Assembly (NCBI GenBank): GCA_903851045.1
Contig: CAINNF010000012.1
Span: forward strand, 37,189-101,188
Source of the DNA: Candidatus Adlerbacteria bacterium
Lineage (GTDB): Bacteria; Patescibacteriota; Minisyncoccia; Phycocordibacterales; SBAW01
Direction: 5' to 3'
DNA: 64,000 bases
The notes below the pieces were generated by a model that saw only the letters and a list, made by a program, of their open reading frames with translations, did not search any database and was not told the origin of the DNA. Made by a program: the position numbers and the translations under genes. Each line of letters begins with the position of its first letter. Within the stretch, counting starts at the first letter, position 1. Of the stretch, positions 46,695 through 56,219 are shown piece after piece.

Positions 46695-48385
46695 GACGCC
46701 TGTGTCCTGCGCACCAAACGACTCGGCAAATAAGTACCCATAGTATCAACAGACTCTATGAGCGAACTGTACGCCGCAAAGACCGCGTGCGCCTGCTCGG
46801 GTGCTGTCGTGTGTGCAAACTCAAACACTTTATCCCGTAATGTCGGATCTTGTTCAGTGACGAGAAAGGTACGCAGACCATCTACGCCGAATGAGTGGGT
46901 GAATTCTTTTGTCGATTCAGCGTCCTGTACAGATACGGTCTTTAAATACTGCAACATGCGGAACTGTTCATGTAGTGTGAGGTCAGCGAGCGTACACCCA
47001 AATTCGTTTTCTATCGTCTTTCGCACTGGCCTCGTGAGCATATACTCAAAGTCGTGCTCGGCGATCTTCGCTTGCTCTAAATCCATCTCCCCATCCTTGG
47101 TCTGAAGTACGAGATCACGAGCATCTACTTTATAGGTAAAAAGTGCCGCAATCGCAGTTTGCGTCTCTTGATACTGATCCCATAATTGTCTATTTGGTGT
47201 CCAAATTATTTCGTGTTCACCCTGTGCTATAGCCGCATCAACCAACTCTTGTGGAGGCTGGAGTTGCCCACGCAACTCACGGAGTCGAAACAAGAGCCCC
47301 TCTACTTTTCCACGCGTCTCTCCTTCAATTATGTATAATCCATCTGACTTATGAAACCCAAGAACTCCATTCGATACCTCGAACGGTTCACCATCATTAT
47401 CAGGCAACGTGTCGTGCTTCTCCATGCGATCATATAGTTGGCGAGCACGCATATTGAGTAGGTAACTACCTTCCCTGTGTTCGACTGCGCGACGCAGCGA
47501 AGACGATATCGCTCGCGGGACAGCTTCTTCCGAAAAACTCCAGTGCGAACCCTCGCGATGTAGATGTCGCAACAACTCGAGAAAGTGGCCAGTCTGTGAG
47601 TAATTCTGTGGATTGTTAAAATCAAGACTACGAAGTATTGCGGCTTCATACCGTGGACCCCAATGAAATGAAAAAATATAATTTAGTGATGCAACGCCGC
47701 TAGTTCGTAGTGAAGGATGTACATCATTTCTCCAATATATGTCAGCCACTTCCTCGATAAGTACGTTTGGGTCGATCAGTTGGCCGTTCTGACCAATAGC
47801 ATCATCCATCTGCTGCATAGCCCATACCGCACGACGGTCTTTAGAAAAATGCGGATCTTTCATTGCGGCATACAAAGCGCGATACGCCTTTGAAGTAAAC
47901 GAGTCTCGGGATATCTTCCCTCCGCGAGCAAGGTTAAACCCAACATGATGCGCATCGGCACTATGTTCTGTACAAAACTCTATTGCTTTGTGCACCATCG
48001 TGTCTACCTCTTCTTGAGAAAGGTGGTTGAGAAACTCGCCGCTGTATGGCAACCCACGAAATAATTTCTGTGTAATTTCTTCTGGTGAACTGTCAACAAT
48101 CCACTCACGAACTATGTTCAATTGTTCGCGTTCTACTTTCGTTAATTCGGGTTCTACCTCTTCTTGTCGTTGAGACTCCTGCTGTACTAATTCGTGATTA
48201 CGAGGAGGGACGAGTTGTTTCTCCAACAACGTCTTTGACTTCTTCGGCGCTCCACCAGGCATTTTCATATCCTCTATGCTACCGCGAAATGATGAGGTGC
48301 AAAATAGTTCTTTCTTGCTTTCGTCCTTTCCTTGTCCGCCGAAGTCTCGACGAAGGGGGTTAGACTCATCAGCATAGATACACAT
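46682..48385 (-). CDS. Hypothetical protein (567 aa, or about 527 aa from the internal MKMPGG start).
   Basis: Long ORF of about 47% GC with no recognised motif. Confidence 0.55.
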   Translation of the reverse strand: MCIYADESNPLRRDFGGQGKDESKKELFCTSSFRGSIEDMKMPGGAPKKSKTLLEKQLVPPRNHELVQQESQRQEEVEPELTKVEREQLNIVREWIVDSSPEEITQKLFRGLPYSGEFLNHLSQEEVDTMVHKAIEFCTEHSADAHHVGFNLARGGKISRDSFTSKAYRALYAAMKDPHFSKDRRAVWAMQQMDDAIGQNGQLIDPNVLIEEVADIYWRNDVHPSLRTSGVASLNYIFSFHWGPRYEAAILRSLDFNNPQNYSQTGHFLELLRHLHREGSHWSFSEEAVPRAISSSLRRAVEHREGSYLLNMRARQLYDRMEKHDTLPDNDGEPFEVSNGVLGFHKSDGLYIIEGETRGKVEGLLFRLRELRGQLQPPQELVDAAIAQGEHEIIWTPNRQLWDQYQETQTAIAALFTYKVDARDLVLQTKDGEMDLEQAKIAEHDFEYMLTRPVRKTIENEFGCTLADLTLHEQFRMLQYLKTVSVQDAESTKEFTHSFGVDGLRTFLVTEQDPTLRDKVFEFAHTTAPEQAHAVFAAYSSLIESVDTMGTYLPSRLVRRTQASWVR

Positions 48386-48397
48386 CTATGGAGCAAG

Positions 48398-48430
48398 CCG
48401 CACGGAGTCGAACCGTGCGGGTTTTTTTGT
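48398..48430 (+). terminator. Orphan plus-strand intrinsic terminator. Its complement has a tRNA T-arm-like sequence.
   Basis: CCGCACGG-agtcgaa-CCGTGCGG followed by GTTTTTTTGTG. The complement reads CACGG-TTCGACT-CCGTG. Confidence 0.45.
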
Positions 48431-48473
48431 GTCTGTCGCCAAGCGGTGTTGTCCTTGTTGCTGCCTAAGAAAC

Positions 48474-48701
48474 TCACTTTCGCTCTCGTTCGAGCATCTC
48501 CCCGAGTGTCAGTTCGTTGGCTCGAATACCGAGAACTACGAGGATTTCAGCGACCCCCTTGCGCCCCAGGTTAGGGACACGAAGCAGATCTTGTACCGTT
48601 TGTTTCAGCAGGTCGTCGCGCGTGAGGACACCTGCCTCCTTGAGAGCATTCCTGACGCGCACCGGCAGCGACAGTGCGTCGATGTCTATAGTCATGACCA
48701 T
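48474..48701 (-). CDS. Stand-alone RNA polymerase alpha-subunit C-terminal-domain (alphaCTD)-like protein, 75 aa.
   Basis: LPVRVRNALKEAGVLTRDDLLKQTVQDLLRVPNLGRKGVAEI matches the alphaCTD helix-hairpin-helix consensus. GGTGAGGA RBS. Confidence 0.6.
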   Translation of the reverse strand: MVMTIDIDALSLPVRVRNALKEAGVLTRDDLLKQTVQDLLRVPNLGRKGVAEILVVLGIRANELTLGEMLERERK

Positions 48702-48889
48702 TCCTCACCCCAGAACCCAGAGGAGCAGGTGTGCGCATGTGGCGCGATAACACGATGAATCCGCGAAACTATTTTCACAGACTCAATAGTGTCCACCATC
48801 TTACAGTCAAAGATGGTGGAGGTGTCTCTGTAACGCGGGCAGAGACGACCCAGCGATTGAGTTACGGAGTTCGCCACACTCCGGCGCCA

Positions 48890-49090
48890 CTAGTGCAAAC
48901 AGCCCGACACGCACCAACGCTCGAGAAGATCTTCAGCCTCCTCGACATGTCCGGTGCGACTGAGCCGCAAGCACTCCGCCAGGACGACCGTGTCGTCCAC
49001 TGGCACGCGCGCGAAGAGGCGCGGTGCACATCCAGACACGAAGTCTGGAGTGACGGCGCGCGCGATAGGCACGATTAACTCACAGTTCAT
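48890..49090 (-). CDS. Small hypothetical protein (66 aa).
   Basis: GGAGGAAG RBS 8 nt before the ATG. A 14-bp perfect hairpin (49120-49160) lies in its 5' region. Confidence 0.4.
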   Translation of the reverse strand: MNCELIVPIARAVTPDFVSGCAPRLFARVPVDDTVVLAECLRLSRTGHVEEAEDLLERWCVSGCLH

Positions 49091-50086
49091 TAGTCACTTC
49101 CTCCGTTTGTTGGTGAGCAGTGTGCGAGGTATGCATCGCTCGCACACTGCTCAACCCAAAATGAGGTCTACAACTTTTTGAATCCACAACGTGACCACAA
49201 CCTGTTTTGTCAGCCACATATGCGAACTCAATAAAGTGGACGATGCATGGCTCGTCCAGACCCTGACAGCTGATGTTCACACCGCCCGAGAGTATCCTTT
49301 CTCGGCTTGCGTCCTCAACTGGAGCCCCAGTTGAAGAACGGTGTAAGCACCTTCGCCCCTACCGGGCGTGGCTGGGGTCAAACAGCCACCTCCCTCTCCG
49401 TGACTCGGAGTCCCCTCCCGTCGTGGGATGGGGCGTCTGGGAGCAGACGCATCACGGTGACCAGCCGCGATACTGTGGACCGTATTTGCATACGACCCCT
49501 CGCACCTTGCCGACGTTCGCGCAAAACCCAATATATTTTGCGGGTTGGCTCAAGGCCTGAAGCGCTTATTCAGCAAGGTGAAGGAATCACATACGATGTA
49601 CCGTATTGAGTTGTCAACGATCCGCGCCCCTTGGACTTCCTTTCGTCCGCCCAAAGACCGTGTCAAAACTCATTGACAGCGGCAGTATAGTCGAATCTTA
49701 ATTTTTGTCAAGTCCTAGTGACATAACTAAATATAAAATACTAAAAAAGGCCTTATATATAGCCATAATATGTATTATATAAATCAATACACATTGACGT
49801 ACAATAGTCCAATGCGCGTATAGTATTGACTTAGAGCTTTGACTATGTTAATCTCTTGACAAGAGCTCCTTGGAGTTCTGGATTGATAGGCTTTCTTGCC
49901 CAGCTGCAATCCGCTGGACTAAAAACGCTGAAAACTGGGCAAATTTTTCGCGGCACAACATGCCGCAAAAAGGAAGATCATGAGAAACCCAGGTGATGGC
50001 GGCGGCATCTGACACCTGTCGGATGTCGACGTCATGAAAATCGGTCAGGAATTCCTGGCCTGAACATCGTGTGATTGGTAGACTAG

Positions 50087-50138
50087 GGGCGGTTCACGAG
50101 GTGCATGCCGCACCCCGAGAACCGCCTTTCAATATTTT
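50087..50138 (+). terminator. Plus-strand intrinsic terminator closing a promoter-rich AT region (49.6-50.1 kb).
   Basis: GGGGCGGTTC-23 nt-GAACCGCC followed by TTTCAATATTTTA. Confidence 0.4.
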
Positions 50139-50889
50139 ACCCCTCCTGCCCCATGTCCCATAAAAGAGAAAACAGTGCGTTCATACTTTGGGCTATTTCC
50201 TCACTTTCAATGACAACTCCGAATATCTTTTTTCGTAGAGCCATAATGGCGACCGTGTGGTCATATATGTAGATATCCGAACTGATGGGCATTTTTTCAT
50301 ATGGGATAAATCGCCTCTCAGTATTCGACACTATGTCCGTAGGCGCCAGCGGTCTATCTTTTCGTGTATATACAGTCTTTACTTGAATACCTTTTGCAGC
50401 TCTCTTCTTGGCATACTCGGTTCGCTCTTCCTCACTAAAAACCTGTTCAAGCGCATCATGTGCATATATCGACCTTAGTTCTGTCCCGGCAGGAAGCTGC
50501 AAAAAACCTTCCCGCATAGCGGTAATTCCTTCCTTACCGCTAAAAAAACGTACGAGCGGCTTGTCACCAGCACTTGCGAACTGACGCAGCAGATCAGGCA
50601 ACAATACATTAAGCTCCTTCTCCTTCACGTCAAACTCTTGGCGCTTTAGTTCGAACGTGCGCTTGAGATATTCGGGTGACTCTGGTGCAAAATAGGTTTT
50701 TTTTCCCTCTTCGTAGGTGCTCATGAGTCCCTTCTTCATAAGCGACTCGAGCTGTACATAGGTCGTCGAGCGGACGATCTTGGCGTGTTTGGCAAGTTGG
50801 TCGGCCGTCGCGCGCCCTATCTCCAGGGCAGCGAGATATACTCGCGCCTCTTTATCCGAGAGTCCAAAATCCTGCAACTCTTGTAGCAT
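50137..50889 (-). CDS. TrmB-family transcriptional regulator (paralog 2).
   Basis: N-terminal wHTH (LSDKEARVYLAALEIGRATADQLAKHAKIVRSTTYVQLESLMKKGLM). Confidence 0.8.
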   Translation of the reverse strand: MLQELQDFGLSDKEARVYLAALEIGRATADQLAKHAKIVRSTTYVQLESLMKKGLMSTYEEGKKTYFAPESPEYLKRTFELKRQEFDVKEKELNVLLPDLLRQFASAGDKPLVRFFSGKEGITAMREGFLQLPAGTELRSIYAHDALEQVFSEEERTEYAKKRAAKGIQVKTVYTRKDRPLAPTDIVSNTERRFIPYEKMPISSDIYIYDHTVAIMALRKKIFGVVIESEEIAQSMNALFSLLWDMGQEG

Positions 50890-50949
50890 GGTCTTAATTG
50901 TATACGATATTTTAGCCGTAAAGTATACTTTCTCTGGTACGTATAAAAA

Positions 50950-51906
50950 CTACTCTTGCGATTCCTTTCCCTCACTCGCGCTCCTTGCTATCCGGGCTTT
51001 CGTCATCTTCAAACTCCTGTCGATCTGTTCGCAGACCCTGTCCCCTCTGAACATCCCAAGGGGGAGCGATGATTTTTCCTCAAGCATCTTCTGGAGCACA
51101 AGTCGAGCCTTCTGGCAGAATGCGGCAACATTTCGTTGACCTTGTGTTGGATGCTCTCCTCGAAGGGCATACGCTTCGTACACCTCGAGCTGCTCGACCA
51201 CCTGCTTCAAGATCATGTGTTGGATGGGGTGTGTGCGCAATTTCTCTTTTTTTACTCTATGTGTCTCCTTCTCCAACCAGAGGTCCGCCAACTCTTCCAC
51301 TACACCACGTTCGACCCCCACCACGGTTCGGGGAACGTTTCGTAACGTCTCTTTCGTTCCTGCCGACTCATAGTATTTAATTTTTGCAGCCTCTCCCCTA
51401 TCGATTTCCTCTAAGATGCGACGAAATTTATTCGGTACTGCCCACTCGCCGAACGAGACGTCTACCGCGAGCGCCAAGTGGCGACGCCCTCCGGACGGGT
51501 CGGTCATTTCTATGACTATATCGACACCGTTCACTATGTCGTCATAGGGAGTGGTCCGTACCGCCACTACCCCCTCACCTAACCATCCAGACTCGTTCAC
51601 TTCGTCATATACCACACCCTCAAACACGTCTGCTGCAAACTTTGCCTCACGATGTTCGGCGCGCTCCCTCGGTGAAAGTCTTTGCTCGTCCGATGCGAAT
51701 CTTTTCTTACACTCCTCGACCGTTCGTTTGTCTGCTTCTACTGTGTTGCCGGGTGATGCCCCGAAAGAATCCATATCGACACCGGTTTTAAATACGGTCG
51801 CCGACATGCGGCCGTGGGCGTCACGTAGCGTCTTTTGCGCGCGTTCCCGATCCTCCCGAGCAAACACATCCGCAAGGGTCGCTCTCCGTGGTCCTTCTCT
51901 AAACAT
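50950..51906 (-). CDS. Hypothetical protein (318 aa), immediately upstream of and co-oriented with TrmB-2.
   Basis: Long ORF with no recognised motif. Confidence 0.5.
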   Translation of the reverse strand: MFREGPRRATLADVFAREDRERAQKTLRDAHGRMSATVFKTGVDMDSFGASPGNTVEADKRTVEECKKRFASDEQRLSPRERAEHREAKFAADVFEGVVYDEVNESGWLGEGVVAVRTTPYDDIVNGVDIVIEMTDPSGGRRHLALAVDVSFGEWAVPNKFRRILEEIDRGEAAKIKYYESAGTKETLRNVPRTVVGVERGVVEELADLWLEKETHRVKKEKLRTHPIQHMILKQVVEQLEVYEAYALRGEHPTQGQRNVAAFCQKARLVLQKMLEEKSSLPLGMFRGDRVCEQIDRSLKMTKARIARSASEGKESQE

Positions 51907-51977
51907 ATCCTATATGCTACCGCACAACAGCGCAGGATAAAAATTGCGCGCAGTGGCCAATTTGGTAGTATGTTTGT

Positions 51978-52619
51978 ATGCAAGATAAGACGATCTACAA
52001 CCAACTGGTGCCCATGGTCATCGAAAAGTCGCCGTATGGTGAGCGGGCTTTCGATATTTATTCACGACTGCTCAAAGACCGTATCGTGTTCCTCGGTGGA
52101 CCGATCGACGACAATGTGGCCAATTTAACCATTGCCCAGCTCCTTTTTTTGGCCTCCGAAGACCCCAAGAAGGACATTATGCTCTACATCAATTCCCCTG
52201 GCGGCTCAGTGACCTCGGCACTCGCGATGCTCGACACCATGTCCTACATCAAGCCGGATGTCGCGACGATCTGTGTCGGCATGGCAGCGTCGGCTGCGGC
52301 CATCCTCTTGGCGTGCGGTACGAAGGGCAAACGCTTTGCACTCCCGAACGCCGAAGTGATGATCCATCAGCCGTGGGGCGGTGCTCAGGGCCAGGCGACC
52401 GATATCGAGATCACGGCTCGCCACATCCTCGGTACCCGTGACCGTCTCAACAAGATCCTCTCAAAGGCGACTGGGCAAACCCTTGCCAAGATCGAGAGTG
52501 ACGTCGAGCGCGACTACTTCATGAGCGCGGAAGAAGCCAAAAAATATGGTATCGTCGATGATGTTTTTTCGACCAAACATTCTTTGACTCCGACCGTGAC
52601 TCCAAAAAGTACTAAGTAA
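51978..52619 (+). CDS. clpP: ATP-dependent Clp protease proteolytic subunit.
   Basis: Catalytic Ser in GMAASAAA, His in MIHQP and Asp in the ClpP fold. 213 aa. Confidence 0.9.
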   Translation: MQDKTIYNQLVPMVIEKSPYGERAFDIYSRLLKDRIVFLGGPIDDNVANLTIAQLLFLASEDPKKDIMLYINSPGGSVTSALAMLDTMSYIKPDVATICVGMAASAAAILLACGTKGKRFALPNAEVMIHQPWGGAQGQATDIEITARHILGTRDRLNKILSKATGQTLAKIESDVERDYFMSAEEAKKYGIVDDVFSTKHSLTPTVTPKSTK

Positions 52620-52734
52620 ACGACCCAAGTAGCACAGAAGCCCAAAAAATTGCCCCATAAGGGGTTTTTTGGTATTGTTGAAGGCGTTCAAGAGCCTATT
52701 TTGAACCACATTAACTTTATGTCCACTTTCACAT

Positions 52735-54264
52735 ATGTCATTAAAAGTATTACTCTCGCTACTGGCACTAGCGGGGCTGGTGGGAGGCGTCATTGGATAC
52801 GTCTTCCGATTGCTCCTTTCGCTCGGTCGTAAGGGTTCGATAGAAGTAGAGGTCAAACAACTCTTACTGGATGCTCGGGAGGAGGCGAAGAACATCACCT
52901 CTCAAGCTGAGGAGGAGACGAAGCAGAAAATAGCGGTCGTTGAAGCGGAACTGCGCGAAAAAGAAGAGAAGACATCACGCGCCGAGGATCGCGTTTTTAA
53001 ACGTGAGGAGGCGCTCGACAGGAAACAGTTGGAGCTTGATAAGGAGATCAGCGCGGTCAAGGCGAAGATCGAAGAGATCCGATCCATCAAGGAGCGTGCC
53101 GACACATTACTTAGTGAGCGCAGCAACGAACTCGCGCGAGTCGCTGGCCTCACCAAGGAAGAGGCGCGTGAGCGGCTCTATGCGGAAATGAAGCGTGAGG
53201 CTGATGAGGACCTCATGGTGCGCCTCGCCAAACTTGAACGAGACGGGATGGACCGCCTCGAGCGTCGTGCTAAGGAGATCCTCACGACCGCTATACACCG
53301 TCTCGGCAACTCGGTCGCATCTGACACTATGGCGACCGCGGTCACTATCCCTAATGATGAGCTGAAGGGAAAGATCATCGGCAAAGAGGGCCGCAACATC
53401 AAAGCGCTTGAACGTGCGACCGGCGTCGAGATTATTATCGATGACACTCCCGGCTCGATACTTCTCTCCTCGTTCGATCCGATACGACGCGCCATCGCTC
53501 GCGTGTCGCTAGAGAACCTCATCGTCGACGGTCGTATCCAACCTGCCAAGATTGAGGAAACGGTAGAGAAAGCGAAGAGCGAAATAAACAAGATCATCAA
53601 GGAAAAGGCCGAGGCTGCCGCTTTTGAGGCAGGTGTACTCAATCTTGATCCGCGACTCTTGATGATCCTTGGACGACTGCACTTCCGAACCTCTTATGGT
53701 CAGTCGGTCCTCCAGCACTCAGTCGAAATGGCACACATTGCGGGTATGATCGCAGAGGAGGTCGGTGCGAATCCTTCGATAGCCCGAGCCGGAGCACTGC
53801 TTCACGACATAGGTAAGGCGCTCGACCACGAGGTACAGGGCACCCACGTCGAGATTGGCCGTCGTATACTCCAAAAATTCGGTGTTTCAGAGGAGGTGGT
53901 CAAGGCGATGCAGGCCCACCACGAAGAGTATCCATACGAGACTGTCGAGTCGGTCATCGTCCAGGTCGCCGACGCTATCTCTGGCGGCCGCCCAGGCGCA
54001 CGCCGCGACTCGGTCGAACAATATCTTAAGCGCCTTGCGGATATCGAAGAAATTGCAATGTCCTTCCCTGGTGTCGAGAAATGCTATGCCATTTCAGCCG
54101 GTCGTGAAGTGCGAGTATTCGTGAAACCAGACGAAATGAGCGACTTCGCCGCTCGCGAATTGGCACGCAACATCGCTCTGCGTATCGAAAACGAGCTCAA
54201 ATACCCAGGAGAGATCAAGGTTGCCGTCATCCGCGAGACACGAGCGATCGAGTTCGCCCGCTAG
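52735..54264 (+). CDS. rny: Ribonuclease Y.
   Basis: N-terminal TM helix, coiled coil, KH domain (GKIIGKEGRNIK) and HD domain (LLHDIGK). Confidence 0.9.
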   Translation: MSLKVLLSLLALAGLVGGVIGYVFRLLLSLGRKGSIEVEVKQLLLDAREEAKNITSQAEEETKQKIAVVEAELREKEEKTSRAEDRVFKREEALDRKQLELDKEISAVKAKIEEIRSIKERADTLLSERSNELARVAGLTKEEARERLYAEMKREADEDLMVRLAKLERDGMDRLERRAKEILTTAIHRLGNSVASDTMATAVTIPNDELKGKIIGKEGRNIKALERATGVEIIIDDTPGSILLSSFDPIRRAIARVSLENLIVDGRIQPAKIEETVEKAKSEINKIIKEKAEAAAFEAGVLNLDPRLLMILGRLHFRTSYGQSVLQHSVEMAHIAGMIAEEVGANPSIARAGALLHDIGKALDHEVQGTHVEIGRRILQKFGVSEEVVKAMQAHHEEYPYETVESVIVQVADAISGGRPGARRDSVEQYLKRLADIEEIAMSFPGVEKCYAISAGREVRVFVKPDEMSDFAARELARNIALRIENELKYPGEIKVAVIRETRAIEFAR

Positions 54265-54317
54265 TCCCATCAACTAACGTAGTCTGACTGCGTTAGAACA
54301 TACAAGGAAATTGCGCC

Positions 54318-54350
54318 GGCGGGGGACATGTCCCCCGCCAGCGCTTTTGG
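54318..54350 (+). terminator. Intrinsic terminator after rny.
   Basis: GGCGGGGGAC-at-GTCCCCCGCC stem followed by AGCGCTTTTGG. Confidence 0.5.
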
Positions 54351-54367
54351 CACCCTACAGAATTTCA

Positions 54368-54724
54368 CTACGGAATCGGCACTTCCTCAAACCGCGACTC
54401 CCATTCTGGATTGATAAGTTCAACCCGCACCATCTTCTCCCCGACAGCAATAACTCCAATTCTACGTATAAACAGGTGGGGTTGATCAAAACCAGCATAG
54501 CTCTCGTGTCGCCACTTCCACTCTTGCGTTACATGTTTGCCACCAGTGACAACATAGAGCCGCGAGAAGTAGGCTACTCCACGACCTAACCTTGAGTCAG
54601 ACCTCTCACCCAGAAGAACAGCGACGTCCCCAACTTCCCTCATTGACTCAACATCAACAGAAGCGTTCCGAAGAAGTTCTGTGGGTCGCAGCGTCTCCAA
54701 CACATACGCTCTATTGTTGTTCAT
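54368..54724 (-). CDS. Hypothetical protein (about 118 aa from MNNNRAY), divergent from TrmB-3.
   Basis: The ORF track extends to 54856. The intergenic region shared with TrmB-3 contains TGTCGACA and TTTGACAA motifs. Confidence 0.35.
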   Translation of the reverse strand: MNNNRAYVLETLRPTELLRNASVDVESMREVGDVAVLLGERSDSRLGRGVAYFSRLYVVTGGKHVTQEWKWRHESYAGFDQPHLFIRRIGVIAVGEKMVRVELINPEWESRFEEVPIP

Positions 54725-54838
54725 AACGAACACTTCTCCTGTTACGAGAACGCTGGATAAAATACACCAATATCTTATATCTGTCGACAAAATATGTCGT
54801 TCTTTGACAACATATAAACCAGTACTTTGCTTAATTTG

Positions 54839-54866
54839 TTGACTACTCACCAACAACCTCTATACT
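54839..54866 (+). promoter_or_regulatory. Promoter of TrmB paralog 3.
   Basis: TTGACT, a 16-nt spacer, TATACT, then 7 nt to the ATG. Same architecture as TrmB-1. Upstream TGTCGACA / TTTGACAAC operator-like motifs. Confidence 0.5.
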
Positions 54867-54873
54867 GTACCGT

Positions 54874-55632
54874 ATGTTGGAGAAGGAGTTTCAGGCACTT
54901 GGGTTCAATATGAACGAGAAAGATGTATATCTAGCGCTTGTGCAGCTGGGTAAAGCGTCGCCGGTACGTATCGCCAAAGAGACGGGCATTAATCGCACCA
55001 CTGTCTACAGCATCTCGCGCAAGCTCATCTCGCTCGGACTTGTTGGCGAGGACTTGAGCGCGAAAGCCGCCTACCTCTATGCCGAAAGACCCGAGGCGCT
55101 TAGACACATGTTCGCGAAAGAAGAGACCGCTTTACATACACGAAAAGCTCTCGCTGAGACCATCGCCCACGAAATCGCCGCATTACCATCAGCGGGCGCC
55201 TACTCTGTCCCACGTATCAAATTTGTAGAAGAAACCGACTTGAGTGAGTACCTGTACAGCGCGACCGAGCAGTGGGTCACGAGCGGCATGCAACGCGACA
55301 ACCTATGGTGGGGCTACCACGACGACTCGTTCACGAGCGAATACCGCGAGTGGATTGAGTGGTGTTGGAAGCGTTGGCCAGAGACGCACGTACGCCTCCT
55401 CAGCAACAAAGCCGAGGTCGAAGAACGACTATCCGAGAAATATGCACAGCGCATTACACGTACCCTGCCTGACACGCACGACTTCGATTCGAGCTTGTGG
55501 GTAATTGGCGACTATGTGCTCATGGTGCAGACGCGCGAGCGGCCACACTATCTCGTCGAGATCCATGACGCTGTCTTTGCTCGCAACCAACGTCAATTAT
55601 TCAAAAGTTTATGGAACCTTTCCTCACAATAA
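54874..55632 (+). CDS. TrmB-family transcriptional regulator (paralog 3).
   Basis: N-terminal wHTH (MNEKDVYLALVQLGKASPVRIAKETGINRTTVYSISRKLISLGLV). Confidence 0.8.
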   Translation: MLEKEFQALGFNMNEKDVYLALVQLGKASPVRIAKETGINRTTVYSISRKLISLGLVGEDLSAKAAYLYAERPEALRHMFAKEETALHTRKALAETIAHEIAALPSAGAYSVPRIKFVEETDLSEYLYSATEQWVTSGMQRDNLWWGYHDDSFTSEYREWIEWCWKRWPETHVRLLSNKAEVEERLSEKYAQRITRTLPDTHDFDSSLWVIGDYVLMVQTRERPHYLVEIHDAVFARNQRQLFKSLWNLSSQ

Positions 55633-55776
55633 GGAGGCGGTCTAGGCGCAGCCAACTGAGTTTGTGTCACCCATGGACACAAGACACTATCCCCGTGGCT
55701 CTATTGCAAGGTTTTTTGGAGGCGGTATACTGCTGTGGCAGGGCAAACTCTTTTATCAGTTATATTCATAGCTATG

Positions 55777-56046
55777 AATAAACAAGAAATCGCAGAAAAA
55801 GTGCACGGCGTTCTTGGCACCACCAAAGCAGATGCTGAACGGGCAGTCGAGACGGTGGTTGAGTCTATTGTATCAGCCCTCAAAAAGGGCGACGAGGTCT
55901 CTATCGCAGGACTTGGTATCTTCAAGACCAAGGTCCGTGCAGCACGAGCCGCTCGCAATCCTCGTACTGGCGAGACGGTGCAGGTACCTTCGATGCGAGT
56001 GCCAAAGTTCCAACCAGCTAAAGCTCTTAAGGAGGCGGTCAAATAA
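55777..56046 (+). CDS. hup: DNA-binding protein HU.
   Basis: MNKQEIAEKV... GLGIFKTKVRAARAARNPRTGE arm motif. Start taken as M at 55777. Confidence 0.9.
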   Translation, partial: NKQEIAEKVHGVLGTTKADAERAVETVVESIVSALKKGDEVSIAGLGIFKTKVRAARAARNPRTGETVQVPSMRVPKFQPAKALKEAVK

Positions 56047-56068
56047 GTGTTGATAGATTCACAAAAAC

Positions 56069-56104
56069 AAAATCCCGCCAATATGGAGGCGGGATTTTGT
56101 TTTA
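56069..56104. terminator. Bidirectional intrinsic terminator between hup and tRNA-Trp.
   Basis: AAAATCCCGCC-aatatggag-GGCGGGATTTTGTTTT. Confidence 0.6.
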
Positions 56105-56109
56105 ACCTG

Positions 56110-56180
56110 TGCGGGATGGGAGAATCGAACTCCCCACCTCAGTTTGGAAAACTGATGTTTTACCAATAAACTAATCCCGC
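56110..56180 (-). tRNA. tRNA-Trp (anticodon CCA). The 3' CCA is not encoded.
   Basis: Manual cloverleaf: GCGGGAT acceptor, anticodon stem CAGTT/AACTG with loop TTCCAAA, T-arm GGGGAGTTCGATTCTCCC. Confidence 0.8.
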
Positions 56181-56219
56181 AGCGCCCATCGTAGCCTTGG
56201 CGAAGAAGGGCCTTCGCTC

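Noticed and set aside
46682-48385. Local 1-nt discrepancy near 48260-48360 between my manual translation and the ORF-track protein.
   Set aside because: Most likely my hand-indexing error in a homopolymer (GGGGGTTT). It is not evidence of a frameshift. Coordinates derived by hand may be off by 1-3 nt.
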